Below are positions 63,357-64,000 of a DNA stretch of 64,000 bases, piece by piece (position 1 is the first letter of the stretch; each line of letters begins with the position of its first letter). This DNA comes from an uncultured Gammaproteobacteria bacterium. GTDB taxonomy: Bacteria > Pseudomonadota > Gammaproteobacteria > UBA9214. The notes below the pieces were generated by a model. It searched no databases and had not been told where the DNA came from. It was given only the letters and a program-made list of their open reading frames with translations. The DNA lies in NCBI GenBank assembly GCA_963773065.1, contig CAVYZN010000009.1, positions 160,001 to 224,000 on the forward strand, written 5' to 3'. A program made the position numbers and the translations under genes.

Positions 63357-63641
63357 TTACTTCTTGGCCCCGGGTGGACGAAATCCCGTGGGTGCCGAAC
63401 CGTAATCACCCTCGCCAAACAAAAAACCCACCATGTGTTTCTCGATCAATTCAATGCTGCCCTTGTCGGCGGTATTCAAGCCATTTTCGTTAATGATCAT
63501 GGTCAGGCGTTCCAGCCACTTTTTCCAGCCTTCCTTGGAAACATTCTCGTAAATACGCATACCCAGGGGTCCGGGATGCGGGGGTGTATCCAGGCCTTCA
63601 GCTTCGCATTTCAGTACGACACAATTGACGATGTGACTCAT
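63357..63641 (-). CDS. YggX-like Fe(II)-trafficking/oxidative damage protection protein
   Basis: N-terminal Cys (VNC), EAEGL, PGPLGMRIYENVSKEGW, TMIINE, FLFG. Confidence 0.85.
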   Translation of the reverse strand: MSHIVNCVVLKCEAEGLDTPPHPGPLGMRIYENVSKEGWKKWLERLTMIINENGLNTADKGSIELIEKHMVGFLFGEGDYGSAPTGFRPPGAKK

Positions 63642-64000
63642 GTCTATACACCTCTGACTAATCTCGGCTTATACGAATATTCTACCTGATTTCTGTCTGG
63701 CGGCCCCGTTTCCCTGTTTCGATAAGGGTTTAACGATGGTCGGGAGAACAATGACAACAAGCTGCTATGAGATAACCTCGTTGTACCATCGGTAGTATAC
63801 GTGAGTGTGTCGGAGCTTGGTTATCAGCCATTCCTATGTTGTTATACAAACTAGGCATAGCCGGCCAGCACCCAAAATGCCGAATACGGCTCTCAATAGG
63901 GGTATCGATCGTCATAATGGAAACAGATTGCGTACCAACACCAGAAAGCGGGCATACCCGGTGTCATACTTACAGTCTGCGTGGTATATAAAATGGAACG

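Noticed and set aside
63730-64000. 61-aa ORF or gene end at the window edge
   Set aside because: No recognisable motif or SD, and truncated context prevents a call

Overview
A GC-rich gammaproteobacterial chromosomal segment; taxonomy cannot be fixed from sequence alone. Single-base frameshifts occur even in essential genes such as accC, so many of them are probably long-read consensus errors. Layout: (1-7.7 kb) a sigma54-type promoter and a VPLPA/PEP-CTERM surface protein, then a lipoprotein, TPR-sulfotransferase, 2OG-Fe(II) oxygenase, TPR-GT41 (SPINDLY/OGT-like) glycosyltransferase and SEC-C methyltransferase. (8.1-25.3 kb) aroQ-accB-accC-[~8 kb island: two FkbM methyltransferases, a GT41 remnant, IS630, IS91/ISCR-like, IS701, IS4]-prmA-DUF3426-dusB-fis-purH-purD. 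(25.6-37.2 kb) lemA, zinc-ribbon HtpX, rho, trxA, rhlB, gspCDEF. (37.4-47.8 kb) cpdA, O-methyltransferase, argA, GGDEF-EAL protein, ilvD, SH3 protein, thioredoxin-like protein, ampD, histidine phosphatase, ROK kinase. (47.9-54.6 kb) cobalamin uptake/salvage genes with a B12 riboswitch. (54.9-58.6 kb) HAD hydrolase, rppH, ptsP. (58.6-63.6 kb) a Fur-box divergon: porin/FMN-binding/PepSY genes opposite an atypical IscA-like protein and ATP-grasp enzyme, with a convergent YggX-like gene. The most unusual signals are non-coding: orientation-polarised intergenic cassettes built from GAAGTGA heptamers and CACGGAA nonamers, and inside them ~50-bp two-hairpin elements nested in one another at a GCA^GGA target, seen in empty, singly and doubly filled states with compensatory base changes. 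No rRNA, tRNA or CRISPR array was seen.
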